Part shown: in pieces, positions 26,544 through 35,127 of the stretch
How the letters are laid out: each line of letters begins with the position of its first letter
Position numbering within the stretch: the stretch's first letter is position 1
Source of the DNA: Candidatus Aminicenantes bacterium
GTDB lineage: Bacteria > Acidobacteriota > Aminicenantia > Aminicenantales > Saccharicenantaceae
Direction: 5' to 3'
NCBI GenBank assembly: GCA_041304225.1
Contig: JBFYNT010000309.1
Coordinates: forward strand, 1-35,497
Length of the DNA stretch: 35,497 bases
Position numbers and translations under genes: made by a program
Notes under the pieces: model-generated
Database searches by the model: none
The model's input: only the letters and a program-made list of their open reading frames with translations
Told to the model about the DNA's origin: nothing

Positions 26544-27008
26544 ATGGGCAAGATCGACTGGAAGAAAGAGCTGGCCAACCACTTCGAGAACGTGCGGGTC
26601 ATCGAGCTCTGCCAGGCCGAGACCGTCGGGCAGTTCGACCAGTTCTGCGAGTTCATCGCCGAGCCCGCCTTCGAGACCCTGGCCGACGAGCTGGGGAGCT
26701 TCCGCATCAAGTGCGAGCAGCAGAAGACCAAGGGCAAGAGCATCCGCTTCGTCATCTGCTTCCCGGGCCTCAAGGACGAACAGTTCCATTACCGGATCTC
26801 ACTGCCCAAGAACGCGGTCGAGCTGCGGCTGAAGCTGCAGGTCAAGGCCCGGCGCACGCCCAAGGCCGAATATCAAACGGTGGACGAGGATTTCATGCCG
26901 GGGCTGTTCCCGTTCAAGGTGCTTAGGATGGACAAGGACGAGGTCATCGCCGACGTCGTCAAGCACTACACGGGTTTTTGCTACACCGCGCTGACGTCGC
27001 CGGACTGA
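26544..27008 (+). CDS. Hypothetical cytoplasmic protein, 154 aa, no family recognised
   Basis: Third-position G/C bias looks like that of the neighbouring genes, and the SD is good. No signal peptide and no recognisable motifs (MGKIDWKKELANHFENVRVIELCQAETVGQFDQF...). Confidence 0.6.
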   Translation: MGKIDWKKELANHFENVRVIELCQAETVGQFDQFCEFIAEPAFETLADELGSFRIKCEQQKTKGKSIRFVICFPGLKDEQFHYRISLPKNAVELRLKLQVKARRTPKAEYQTVDEDFMPGLFPFKVLRMDKDEVIADVVKHYTGFCYTALTSPD

Positions 27009-27024
27009 GCGGCGGGGAGAGCCC

Positions 27025-27360
27025 CTACTTCTTCTTCTTGGCTTTGGCCGCTTTCGGCGCGCCGGTCTCGATCTTCCTCCACTTGCCGGCCTTCCAGACC
27101 CAGCGGCTGCCGACCTGTTCCCACGTGCCCGGGACCCATTCCCTGCCCTTCTTGGCTTTGACCCAGCGGCCCTCGACCCAATCGTAGTTGACGACCTTCC
27201 ACTTCCAGTAGCCGGGGACCCAGACGTGCGCGGGACCGGGCCGGAGGGTCGGGGATTCGACCCGGAGGGGAGGAGGGCCGACCCGCGGCTGCTCCGCGGC
27301 CAGGCCGGACACGGTCATCAGGCAAACGGCGGCCAGTATGAAAAGAGCGGTCTTCCTCAT
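27025..27360 (-). CDS. Small secreted WxxGxW/YXWGXW-repeat protein with Lys-rich tail
   Basis: Signal peptide MRKTALFILAAVCLMTVSGLAA. Repeats are VPGYWKW, VEGRWVK, VPGTWEQ and KAGKWRK. The C-terminus is AKAKKKK. The longer 294-aa ORF call is an out-of-frame run-on into the redoxin gene. Confidence 0.7.
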   Translation of the reverse strand: MRKTALFILAAVCLMTVSGLAAEQPRVGPPPLRVESPTLRPGPAHVWVPGYWKWKVVNYDWVEGRWVKAKKGREWVPGTWEQVGSRWVWKAGKWRKIETGAPKAAKAKKKK

Positions 27361-27407
27361 CGCTTCCTCCACCTGTTTAGTCGGCGGAGGGGAGGAAAAG
27401 TCGGGCT

Positions 27408-28178
27408 TTACTTCCCGGCGTTGACGACCTCGAGGACCTTGAGGAGGTAATCGTAGCCCGGGCGGTCGACCGTGTTCTGGCTGACATACTTGAACTGCAG
27501 CACGCCCTGGGCGTCGACGATGTAGACGGCCGGGATGTTCTGGTCGACCTTGCTGCCCGTCCACTCGTGCCGGAAGAGGTCGAGCTTCGTGGACAGCGCC
27601 CGCTCGCCGTCGACCAGGATGGGGAAGGGGGCCAGGACCGCGCCCTTCTCGAGCGCGTAGTCGTTGGGGTAGATCTGGCGCGACCGCTCCATCCGGGTCC
27701 TGCCGGCGTCGTCGAGCTTGGCCGGATCGGCCGGGTATTTCCGGGCCTTGATGGATTCGAGCTGACCGGGCAGGGCCTCGAGCCAGACCTTGACGGTATC
27801 CTGGGGGTAGGGGAAGACGACCAGGATCTCCAGGTTGTACTTGTCGCGGATCTTCTGGGCCTTCTCGAGCTCGGCCAGCTCGACGTAGCGGTAATTGCAG
27901 ATCGTGCACCAGTAGCTCTCGGCCGCGTAGCCGCGGGGGAAGAGGATGAGGACGTTCTTGCCGCGGAGCGACGACAGGGTCAGCGTCCCGCCCTGGTAGA
28001 CGGGCAGGGTGAAGTCGGGCATGGGCTGGCCGACGACGGCCGGCGAGGGCCTGGCCTCGGGCTTGGCCGGCACGGCCTGCTGTCCCTTGGCCTGGCCCTT
28101 GAACAGGATGATCATCGCGGCAACGGCCAGGACGGTCAGGGCGATGGCGAAGATCGCGGCTTTCTTTTTATTCACCAT
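27408..28178 (-). CDS. Membrane-anchored thioredoxin-fold redoxin (AhpC/TSA-TlpA-like) with CxxC
   Basis: N-terminal TM segment MVNKKKAAIFAIALTVLAVAAMIILF. The redoxin domain includes PDFTLPVYQGGTLTLSSLRGKNVLILFPRGYAAESYWCTIC. Confidence 0.75.
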   Translation of the reverse strand: MVNKKKAAIFAIALTVLAVAAMIILFKGQAKGQQAVPAKPEARPSPAVVGQPMPDFTLPVYQGGTLTLSSLRGKNVLILFPRGYAAESYWCTICNYRYVELAELEKAQKIRDKYNLEILVVFPYPQDTVKVWLEALPGQLESIKARKYPADPAKLDDAGRTRMERSRQIYPNDYALEKGAVLAPFPILVDGERALSTKLDLFRHEWTGSKVDQNIPAVYIVDAQGVLQFKYVSQNTVDRPGYDYLLKVLEVVNAGK

Positions 28179-28207
28179 GGGCGGGTCTCCTTGGACGGAA
28201 TACCCCT

Positions 28208-28236
28208 ATTAGAGACGACCCGCCCCGGGGTGTCAA
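28208..28236 (-). promoter_or_regulatory. Sigma70-like promoter for the redoxin gene
   Basis: On the minus strand: TTGACA (28236-28231), a 17-nt spacer, then TCTAAT (28213-28208), followed by AGGAG and the ATG at 28178. Confidence 0.45.
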
Positions 28237-28241
28237 GCAGG

Positions 28242-28268
28242 CCCCCGTCACTCGTTTCGTGACGAGGG
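28242..28268 (-). terminator. Hairpin after the OMP gene
   Basis: CGTCAC/GTGACG pair as a 6-bp stem. On the minus-strand RNA a G-U pair and CCC/GGG extend it. There is no U-tract. Confidence 0.35.
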
Positions 28269-28287
28269 CCCGCGCCGCTCCCGGGCC

Positions 28288-29271
28288 TTAGAACCGGATG
28301 CGGAAGCCGGCCCTGAGGCCGAAGCCGCCGAGGTCGAACTTGGGCTCGCGGACGGTCGTACCGGGGTCCGGCTCGGGCTCGGTCTCCGAAATCTCGAAGA
28401 TGCTGATTTCGGTGTCCCCGATATTTCCGGTCAGGAGATAGAGCCGGCCTTCGGTCGATTCCGGCGGGTCGTCGGAGGACTCCTCCGTCCCCGTGACCAT
28501 ATCGAAGTTCTTGAACTTGGCGTAGCGGCCCAGGCCCTCGACGAAGAAGCCGAGCTTGGGGGAGAGCTTGTACTCGAAGCCCAGGCTGCCGTGGAAGCCG
28601 ATGTCGGCCCCGCTCCGCTCGGTGGCTTCGAGGGACATCCTCATCCAATCGTCGGTCGCGAGCTCCACACCCTGCATCCCGGTGAACTTGAGCCCCAGAT
28701 AATAGGCCGCTCCCGCGTTGGCCGTCAGGGCCAGTTTCCCGCCTAGCGGGACGTCCAGGAACAGGCCGATGCGGATAGGGATCGCGGAGAGCGTCGTCTC
28801 GGCGACCAGGTCGACCGTTTCCTCGCTGGTATACGTCCCCCTCGAATCGGCCGAGCTGCGCAGGAAGCCGGCGCCCACCCCGATGCCGAAGGAGGGAGTG
28901 ATCTGGTAGATGAGGTCGGCCCCGAAGTCGTAGCCGCCGTGGAGGGGATTGTAGCCTCCGGTGGCGGTCCCGAATCCTTCGGCGATATAGGCCTCGACGA
29001 GCTCGAAATAGTAGTCCGCGCCCTTGTTAACGTCCCCGGCGAGCATGTAGTTGTAGCCGCCGTAGAGCTTGAGGCTGAGCCGCGAGAAGGCCTGGGACGC
29101 GCCGGTCTCGCCCTGGGAGCCCAGGATGGCGTAGGCATCCTTGTCGAAGAGGAAGCCGGGGCCGGGGGGAACGGGGCGGGCGCCCGGCGTATCCGCGGCC
29201 GCGACGGGGGCCGCCCACGCGAGAGCGCAGACCGCCAGGAATCCGAGGATCATCCACTTGTTCTTGAGCAT
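28288..29271 (-). CDS. Outer membrane beta-barrel protein (porin-like, unknown family)
   Basis: Signal peptide MLKNKWMILGFLAVCALAWAAPVAAA. It has alternating amphipathic strands rich in Gly and Tyr. The C-terminus is GLRAGFRIRF. Confidence 0.75.
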   Translation of the reverse strand: MLKNKWMILGFLAVCALAWAAPVAAADTPGARPVPPGPGFLFDKDAYAILGSQGETGASQAFSRLSLKLYGGYNYMLAGDVNKGADYYFELVEAYIAEGFGTATGGYNPLHGGYDFGADLIYQITPSFGIGVGAGFLRSSADSRGTYTSEETVDLVAETTLSAIPIRIGLFLDVPLGGKLALTANAGAAYYLGLKFTGMQGVELATDDWMRMSLEATERSGADIGFHGSLGFEYKLSPKLGFFVEGLGRYAKFKNFDMVTGTEESSDDPPESTEGRLYLLTGNIGDTEISIFEISETEPEPDPGTTVREPKFDLGGFGLRAGFRIRF

Positions 29272-29371
29272 GGAACACCTCCGAGAGTACATCCGACAAA
29301 GATTTAGTCGGACGAACGGAGGGATTCCGGAATCCGGCTTCGAATGGATCCCGCGACCCGGCGCCGGAGGC

Positions 29372-30577
29372 CTACCCCTTGATGCGGTACTCCTTGAACT
29401 GGGTGCCGCGGAGCTTGTCCAGGAGGAAGAGGCGGTCGCCGAAGATGAAGATGCCGTCGACGAAGAGATCGAGCGGGAGCGAGCCGAGCAGCGCGCCGTC
29501 GGCGTCGAAGACCTCGAGCTTGTAGGCGTCGGTCGTCCGGAGCTCCTGGCCCTCGCCCTGGGGCTTCATCCCCATCGTCCGCCCGCCGCCGGCTTCCATG
29601 CTCATGGTCATCATCATCCCGACCTGCTCCTCCTTCTTGAGCTGGCGGGTCATGGTGACGACCCAGACCCGGCCCCGGCCGTCGACGGCGATCCCCGACG
29701 CGCAACGGTTCAGTTGCGGCCCCCGGACGGAGACATTGCCGCCGTCCCGTTTGATCTCGCCCTTGTCCTTGATCTCCATGGAGTAGGGGAGCTCGCGGTC
29801 GGCCCGCCAGAGGAGCTTTCCGTCGGCCGCGTATTTCTCGATCCGGTTCTGGACGGTGTAGGCCAGATAGACCTGGCCGGCCTTGTCGACCGCCAGGAGG
29901 ACCTCGTTCCCGGCGGTGTTGAGCATGTCGGCCCCGAACTCGCGGGGCTCGCCGAATTCGCGGACGGGCTTGCCGTCGGCATCGAGGACCTTGACCAGCT
30001 TGGGGAGGGCCGCGGGCTTCGCCTCGTCCGGATTGATGAAGAAGCGCATCCGCGGCGCGCCCATGACGAGCTCCCCGCCGGTCCCGAGGAAGACCGGCCC
30101 GGCGCCCTGCTCGAGACCCTTGATCACCTTGTGGTCCTTGCCGTCCGGCGTCAGGACCTGTATGCGCTGGTTGTACGGGTCTGTGATGTAAATGAAGCCC
30201 TGGCCGTCGACCGCCAGCCAGGCGGGGTATTGGAACTCGCCGGGGCCCTGGCCGTGGCGGCCGTAGGTGGCCAGGTATTTCGCGTCGGGGCCGAACTTCT
30301 GGACCCGGTGGTTGCCCGTGTCGAGGACGTAGAAGTTGCCGGCGCCGTCGAGGGCGATGGCCGACGGCATGAAAAAGGCCAGGTTCTCGTCGGCCGTGTC
30401 GACGTCGCCGAGCGTGCGGACGGGCTCGAGCGCGACCTTGGGGGCCTTGCCCCAGGCCCCGGGCCCGGAGTTGTGGACGAGCTTGGCGCCGTTCGCGGTC
30501 TCGGCCTTCTGGCCGGCGGCGAGAGCGGCCGCCAGCGCCAGCGCGAGGGATAGAAGAACGACGGATCTTGTTTTCAT
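29372..30577 (-). CDS. Secreted NHL-repeat six-bladed beta-propeller protein
   Basis: Signal peptide MKTRSVVLLSLALALAAALAAG. NHL-like blades include FFMPSAIALDGAGNFYVLDTGNHRVQKFGPDAK and FQYPAWLAVDGQGFIYITDPYNQRIQVLTPDGK. Confidence 0.8.
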   Translation of the reverse strand: MKTRSVVLLSLALALAAALAAGQKAETANGAKLVHNSGPGAWGKAPKVALEPVRTLGDVDTADENLAFFMPSAIALDGAGNFYVLDTGNHRVQKFGPDAKYLATYGRHGQGPGEFQYPAWLAVDGQGFIYITDPYNQRIQVLTPDGKDHKVIKGLEQGAGPVFLGTGGELVMGAPRMRFFINPDEAKPAALPKLVKVLDADGKPVREFGEPREFGADMLNTAGNEVLLAVDKAGQVYLAYTVQNRIEKYAADGKLLWRADRELPYSMEIKDKGEIKRDGGNVSVRGPQLNRCASGIAVDGRGRVWVVTMTRQLKKEEQVGMMMTMSMEAGGGRTMGMKPQGEGQELRTTDAYKLEVFDADGALLGSLPLDLFVDGIFIFGDRLFLLDKLRGTQFKEYRIKG

Positions 30578-30645
30578 GCCCTATTCTCCTTGTATCGTTA
30601 ACGGATTATAGACCGAAACCGTTGCCGTAGAGAATCGCGCGGGAA

Positions 30646-30674
30646 TTGAACGGGGTATCCGATTCCATTATAGT
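30646..30674 (+). promoter_or_regulatory. Sigma70-like promoter for M20-yfcC
   Basis: TTGAAC (30646-51), a 17-nt spacer, then TATAGT (30669-74). GGAGG precedes the ATG at 30705. Confidence 0.45.
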
Positions 30675-30704
30675 GGCGGCGAAGGACCGACCGGAGGGAC
30701 GGAT

Positions 30705-31877
30705 ATGGACGACCGCGGCATCCTCGAGCTGCTGATGGAGATGGTCAAGGCCCCGAGCCACCCCGGCGTCCCGAGGCAGGAGGAGGCGGCCGCCCTGGCC
30801 CTCGCGGGCTATCTCCGGGAGCGCGGCCTGACGGCCGATCTCGTCGAGGTCCGGGAGGGGCGTCCCAACGTCGTCGCCTCGATCGCCGGCCCGAAGCCCG
30901 GGCCGCATCTCCTTTTCTGCGGCCACCTCGACACCGTGCCGCCCAACGCTGGCTCGTCGGCGGACTTCTTCTCGGCCGCGATCCGGGACGAGCGCATGTT
31001 CGGGCGCGGCACCGTGGACATGAAAGGCGCCCTGGCGGCCATGGCCGGAGCGCTGGTCGAGATCCGGGATTCGGGAGGGCTCGCCTCCGGCCGGGTCACT
31101 CTCGCCGCGGTCATCGACGAGGAGATGGAGAGCCTCGGCGCGGAAGCCCTCATCCGGAGCGGCTTCAAGGCCGACGGGGCGGTCATCGGTGAGCCGACGG
31201 CAAACCGCGTGGCCATCGGCCACAAGGGATTGGAGTGGCTCGAAGTCGGGTTCACGGGCCGGGCCGCCCACGGCAGCACGCCCGAGGCGGGGATCAGCGC
31301 CATCGCCGCCGCGGCCCACTTCGTCTCGCTCGTCGAGTCGGAGCTCGTCCCGGCCTTCGAGCGCCGGCGCGACCCCGTGCTGGGACTTCCGGCCATCAAC
31401 ATGGGCACGATCAGCGGCGGCCAGCAGCCGAGCATGGTCGCCGCCGGCTGCGTGGTCCAGCTCGACCGGCGCTGGGTGACCACGGAGACGATCGAGCAGG
31501 TCATGGGCGACCTCGAGGCCATCCTGGCCAAGGTCCGCGAGGCCCGCCCGGGGCTAAAAACGCGGCTCGAGCGGATGCCCGGAGGCATGGCCACGATGCT
31601 CCACGGCCCGCTCGTCATCGACCCCACCCACCCGCTCGTCGTGGCCGCTCAGGGCGCCTTCGGCGACCTGGGCCGGGCGGCCGGCCCGCTCGACGTCTTC
31701 CCGGCCTGGACCGACGGGGCCCTCCTCTCGCGCGAGGCCGGCATACCGACCCTGGTCTGGGGTCCGGGAGAGCTGGCGCTCGCGCATTCGGCCGAGGAGA
31801 GCGTCCCGCTCGACGAGATCCTGCTCGCGGCCCGCCTCTACGCCGCGGCGGCCCGCCGGTTCACGGCGGCGCGCTGA
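30705..31877 (+). CDS. M20-family metallopeptidase (ArgE/DapE/acetylornithine deacetylase-like)
   Basis: Matching segments are LLFCGHLDTVP, RGTVDMKGALAAM, IDEEMESLGA, GHKGLEWLEV.FTGRAAHGS and the HSAEE ending. Confidence 0.85.
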   Translation: MDDRGILELLMEMVKAPSHPGVPRQEEAAALALAGYLRERGLTADLVEVREGRPNVVASIAGPKPGPHLLFCGHLDTVPPNAGSSADFFSAAIRDERMFGRGTVDMKGALAAMAGALVEIRDSGGLASGRVTLAAVIDEEMESLGAEALIRSGFKADGAVIGEPTANRVAIGHKGLEWLEVGFTGRAAHGSTPEAGISAIAAAAHFVSLVESELVPAFERRRDPVLGLPAINMGTISGGQQPSMVAAGCVVQLDRRWVTTETIEQVMGDLEAILAKVREARPGLKTRLERMPGGMATMLHGPLVIDPTHPLVVAAQGAFGDLGRAAGPLDVFPAWTDGALLSREAGIPTLVWGPGELALAHSAEESVPLDEILLAARLYAAAARRFTAAR

Positions 31878-31881
31878 GACG

Positions 31882-33261
31882 ATGAAGCTCCGCGTCCCGC
31901 ACACCTACGTCCTGCTCGTCGGGCTCATCGCCCTGGCCGCGGTCGCGACCTGGATCGTCCCGGCCGGCAGCTATGACCGCGTCGTCGCCAACGGCAGGGA
32001 GGTCGTCTCCCCGCTGTCCTATCATCCTGTCGAGGCCCGGCCGGCCGGGCTCGGCGAGATCTTCCTCGCCTTCCCCCGGGGCCTGGCCGAGATCGCCGGG
32101 ATCGTCTTCTACATCTTCATCATCGGCGGGGCCTTCGGCGTTCTCGACGGCACGGGCGCCATCCGGGCCGGCGTCCGCGGGCTCGTCCGCCGGCTCGGCG
32201 GCCGGAAGGCCCTCATCGTGCCGCTCCTCACCGTCGTCTTCGCCGTCGGCGGCGGCACGATCGGCATCGCCGAAGAGACGCTGGTCTTCCTCCCGGCGCT
32301 CCTCCTCCTGGCCCGGTCGCTCGGTTACGATTCGCTCGTCGCCGGGGGCATCGCCCTCGTCGGGGCCAACGCCGGCTTTGCCGCGGCCTTCATGAACCCG
32401 TTCACGGTCGGGGTCGCCCAGGGCATCGTCGGGCTGCCGCTCTTCTCGGGGATGGGCTTCCGGCTCGGGCTCTGGACGGTGATGACGGCCGTGACGGTCG
32501 TCTTCCTCACGCGATACGCCCGCCGGGTCGCGGCCGACCCGGCGAAGAGCCCGATGTACGAGCTGGACAGGACGCGCGAGCCGCTCGCCGAGCAAGCCGC
32601 GGCCGGCCCCGGCGGCCGGAGGCACCCGCTCGTCCTGGGCGCTCTTCTGACGGCCTTGGCCCTGCTCGTCGTCGGCGCGCTCCGCTGGCAGTGGGGCATC
32701 CTCGAGCTCTCCGGGCTTTTCTTCGGGCTGGCCCTCGTGTCCGGCCCTCTCGGCGGGCTCTCGTTCGACGACACCGTCCGGGCTTTTATCCGCGGCGCCG
32801 CCGACATCACCTACGCCGCGCTCATCGTCGGACTGGCCCGGGGAACGCTCGTCGTCTTGCGCGACGCCAACGTCCTCGACACCATAACCCACGCCCTGGT
32901 CGCGACGATCCGCGGCTGGTCGACCTGGCTGAGCGCCGTGGGCATCTACGCCGTCCAGAACCTGCTCAACTTCTTCGTGCCGTCCGGCAGCGGCCAGGCC
33001 GCCGTCTCCATGCCCATCCTCGCCCCGCTCGGCGACCTCGTCGGCGTGACGCGGCAGACCAACGTCCTGGCCTACCAGCTCGGCAACGGCCTGACCAACA
33101 TCGTCGTGCCCACCCAGGGCTATTTCATGGCGGCGCTGGGCATCCTGCGCATCCCCTGGACGAAATGGGTCCGCTGGCTCCTGCCGCTCCTCCTGATCTG
33201 GCTGGCGATCGGGTGCGCCGCGGTCGTCCTGGCCAGCCTTATCCGCCTCGGCCCGTTCTAG
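31882..33261 (+). CDS. YfcC/DcuC-like (C4-dicarboxylate anaerobic carrier superfamily) membrane transporter
   Basis: It is polytopic. The N-terminus (KLRVPHTYVLLVGLIALAAVATWIVPAGSYDRV) is typical of YfcC-family proteins. It begins 4 nt after the M20 gene. Confidence 0.8.
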   Translation: MKLRVPHTYVLLVGLIALAAVATWIVPAGSYDRVVANGREVVSPLSYHPVEARPAGLGEIFLAFPRGLAEIAGIVFYIFIIGGAFGVLDGTGAIRAGVRGLVRRLGGRKALIVPLLTVVFAVGGGTIGIAEETLVFLPALLLLARSLGYDSLVAGGIALVGANAGFAAAFMNPFTVGVAQGIVGLPLFSGMGFRLGLWTVMTAVTVVFLTRYARRVAADPAKSPMYELDRTREPLAEQAAAGPGGRRHPLVLGALLTALALLVVGALRWQWGILELSGLFFGLALVSGPLGGLSFDDTVRAFIRGAADITYAALIVGLARGTLVVLRDANVLDTITHALVATIRGWSTWLSAVGIYAVQNLLNFFVPSGSGQAAVSMPILAPLGDLVGVTRQTNVLAYQLGNGLTNIVVPTQGYFMAALGILRIPWTKWVRWLLPLLLIWLAIGCAAVVLASLIRLGPF

Positions 33262-33276
33262 GGACCGGGGCGGATA

Positions 33277-33621
33277 CTAATGGGGACCTAGGCCGACGGC
33301 CTTCTTCAGGGACTTGACGACGAACGAGTTCAGGCTCTCGCCTTCGCCGAGGGCCCGAACGGAGAGGGCCCGGTGCATGTCGGGGCCGGTCCGCAGGACA
33401 AAGCGCCCCGAATAGCCCCGGTTGGTGGGCGGGGGGGCGGGCCGACCGTCCTTACGACAGATCTCGATCCATTCCTCCAAGACGCGGCAGAGCTCCCGGT
33501 AGACCTCCGCCTCGTCGGGGCCGTGACAACAGGCGTCGATCCAGCCGGGCACGGACCCGACATAGCACCCGTCCTCTTTTGACCAGAGCACCATCTTCAA
33601 GTATTTGTCGCTCGGCTTCAT
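33277..33621 (-). CDS. hicB: HicB-family antitoxin (orphan)
   Basis: The HicB N-domain is MVLWSKEDGCYVGSVPGWIDACCHGPDEAEVYRELCRVLEEWIEICRKDGRPAPPP. The RHH-like tail is GRFVLRTGPDMHRALSVRALGEGESLNSFV. Confidence 0.8.
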   Translation of the reverse strand: MKPSDKYLKMVLWSKEDGCYVGSVPGWIDACCHGPDEAEVYRELCRVLEEWIEICRKDGRPAPPPTNRGYSGRFVLRTGPDMHRALSVRALGEGESLNSFVVKSLKKAVGLGPH

Positions 33622-33713
33622 TGAGCCGCCTCCCTCAGCTTGTTCTTTACGAGGCGAGCCTGATAGGGCTTAGCGTCGTCACCCGGATGTCCCGAGATGG
33701 CATTATTATGATA
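33618..33713 (-). pseudogene. hicA: hicA toxin remnant (C-terminal ~25 codons only)
   Basis: The frame ending in the ATGA overlap with hicB reads ...AISGHPGDDAKPYQARLVKNKLREAAQ*. It aligns with the tail of the intact HicA at 35124-35384 (KPHPGNIMKKYQMDLVEESLRAKG). A TAG lies immediately upstream and there is no start codon. Confidence 0.6.
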
Positions 33714-33736
33714 CTAAAATGATACTATAACGTCAA
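33708..33736 (-). promoter_or_regulatory. Sigma70-like promoter with 9-bp direct repeats upstream of orphan hicB
   Basis: On the minus strand: TTGACG (33736-31), a 17-nt spacer, then TATCAT (33713-08). TAGTATCAT occurs twice with an 11-bp period (33708-33727). Confidence 0.5.
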
Positions 33737-33856
33737 TTTGCGCGCCGATTTCGGCCCTATCCCAAGGACGCCCTGCTTCGGGTTCTTTTCTCAGCGGAGG
33801 GCGAGCCGGATCGAAAAGGGGAGGGATTCCCGAAGGGGGGGAAGGCGGCTATCCCG

Positions 33857-34795
33857 TCAGCGGGAAAGCGCCGCCTCGAGACGGGCGCGGGCGGCCGCCT
33901 CGTCCGGCTCGCCCAGGACGAGCGCGGCGTTCTTCCCCCGCAAGGCGAAGAGGAACCAGCGGCCGACTTCGTTCCGGCCTTCGATGAGGCCGCCTTCCCG
34001 CCGGACGTCCCGGAGATAGTATTGGAAAGAGTCCATTACGGCGTCCACGAGCGACCCGGTCGGGGGATCTTCGGCGAATTCGACGAGGGCGAACTTCGAG
34101 ACGCCGGGCGCCGTGCCGTATTTCGCGGTGAAGGCCAGCGTGGCGGCTCCGCCGGCGGCCCCGCCGAATCCCCAGTATTCGCCTTCGAGGAACGGCGACT
34201 CATTGGCCGCGGCGACCGCGCCCTTGATGAACCGGGCGCTCGACGCGACCATCCCGTCGCGCGGCAGCCGTCCCAGGCCCTTCGGCCGCACGGTGCCGGC
34301 CCCCGGGATCTTTCGCTCCACGACCGCCGCGAACGCGCCGATCTCCCGGTCCGTGAACTCCGGGGCCATGATATTGACCACGAAGGCGCCTTTGACCAGG
34401 CTGGCCTGCCCGGGTCCGATCCAATTGTCCGGCGCGATCCCCGGCCAGCCCGTTTCGCCGCCCTCGAGCTTGGTCGAATAGAGGCCGTAGGCGTCCTCCC
34501 CCGCGGCCATCCGGTAGATCTCGAGGACGATCTCCCTATCGCCACCCGTTGCCGGCTCGAACCGGGCCACGGCGACCTCGAGAAAACCGTAGGGGAGGAC
34601 GATCTCGGCCCCGCCGTCGATGTAGCCGTAGAGCCCCTCCCGGTTGAAGGTCTCGACCTCGCCCGTCAGCGTCCATCCGGGGATGCCGCCCACGCCCCGG
34701 ATGACGGAAGCGGCGTCCGGCTTACCTCCCGAGCAGGCGTAAGCGATCAAGAAGGCCAGGACGACCCCGAACGACCGGGACAGCCGTTTCTTCAA
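33857..34795 (-). CDS. Putative lipoprotein of unknown function, translationally coupled to hicB
   Basis: The proposed start is the TTG at 34795, which overlaps the hicB TGA (TTGA). GGAAG lies 7 nt upstream. The N-terminus (L)KKRLSRSFGVVLAFLIAYAC|SGG is lipobox-like. The 53 codons upstream in the ORF overlap hicB out of frame. Confidence 0.6.
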   Translation of the reverse strand: MKKRLSRSFGVVLAFLIAYACSGGKPDAASVIRGVGGIPGWTLTGEVETFNREGLYGYIDGGAEIVLPYGFLEVAVARFEPATGGDREIVLEIYRMAAGEDAYGLYSTKLEGGETGWPGIAPDNWIGPGQASLVKGAFVVNIMAPEFTDREIGAFAAVVERKIPGAGTVRPKGLGRLPRDGMVASSARFIKGAVAAANESPFLEGEYWGFGGAAGGAATLAFTAKYGTAPGVSKFALVEFAEDPPTGSLVDAVMDSFQYYLRDVRREGGLIEGRNEVGRWFLFALRGKNAALVLGEPDEAAARARLEAALSR

Positions 34796-35127
34796 TCCCG
34801 CACTTCCTTCTCGACGGCGCGCTGAACGAGCTGGTTGAGCGATATCCCCAGCAGGGCGGATTTCCGGGCCGCCTTTTGATGGAGCTCTGCCGGCATCCGG
34901 ATGTTGAAGGTCCCGGCGTACGATCTGAACAGGGGTTTCCCGGTCTGCCGGCATAGACCGATGTAGTCGTCCACGGCTTCCCTGAAGGAGCGAGCCAAGC
35001 CCTCGACGTCGCGGCCTTCGAAAGTCGCAAGGTCATCGATGCCCTCCAGTTTGCCGAAGAAGCAGGCGTCTTGCGCGCTGAAGTGGACCGATCCGATGAA
35101 ATCCTTGTATCGGAGGACATCTTTCAT
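34792..35127 (-). CDS. hicB: HicB-family antitoxin
   Basis: Matching segments are YKDFIGSVHFSAQDACFFGKLEGIDDLATFEGRDVEGLARSFREAVDDYIGLC and the RHH tail FNIRMPAELHQKAARKSALLGISLNQLV. Confidence 0.85.
   Translation of the reverse strand: MKDVLRYKDFIGSVHFSAQDACFFGKLEGIDDLATFEGRDVEGLARSFREAVDDYIGLCRQTGKPLFRSYAGTFNIRMPAELHQKAARKSALLGISLNQLVQRAVEKEVRD

Noticed and set aside
27025-27909. 294-aa minus-strand ORF.
   Set aside because: Only the last 111 codons (27025-27360) form a sensible signal-peptide protein. The upstream part overlaps the redoxin gene (27408-28178) out of frame.
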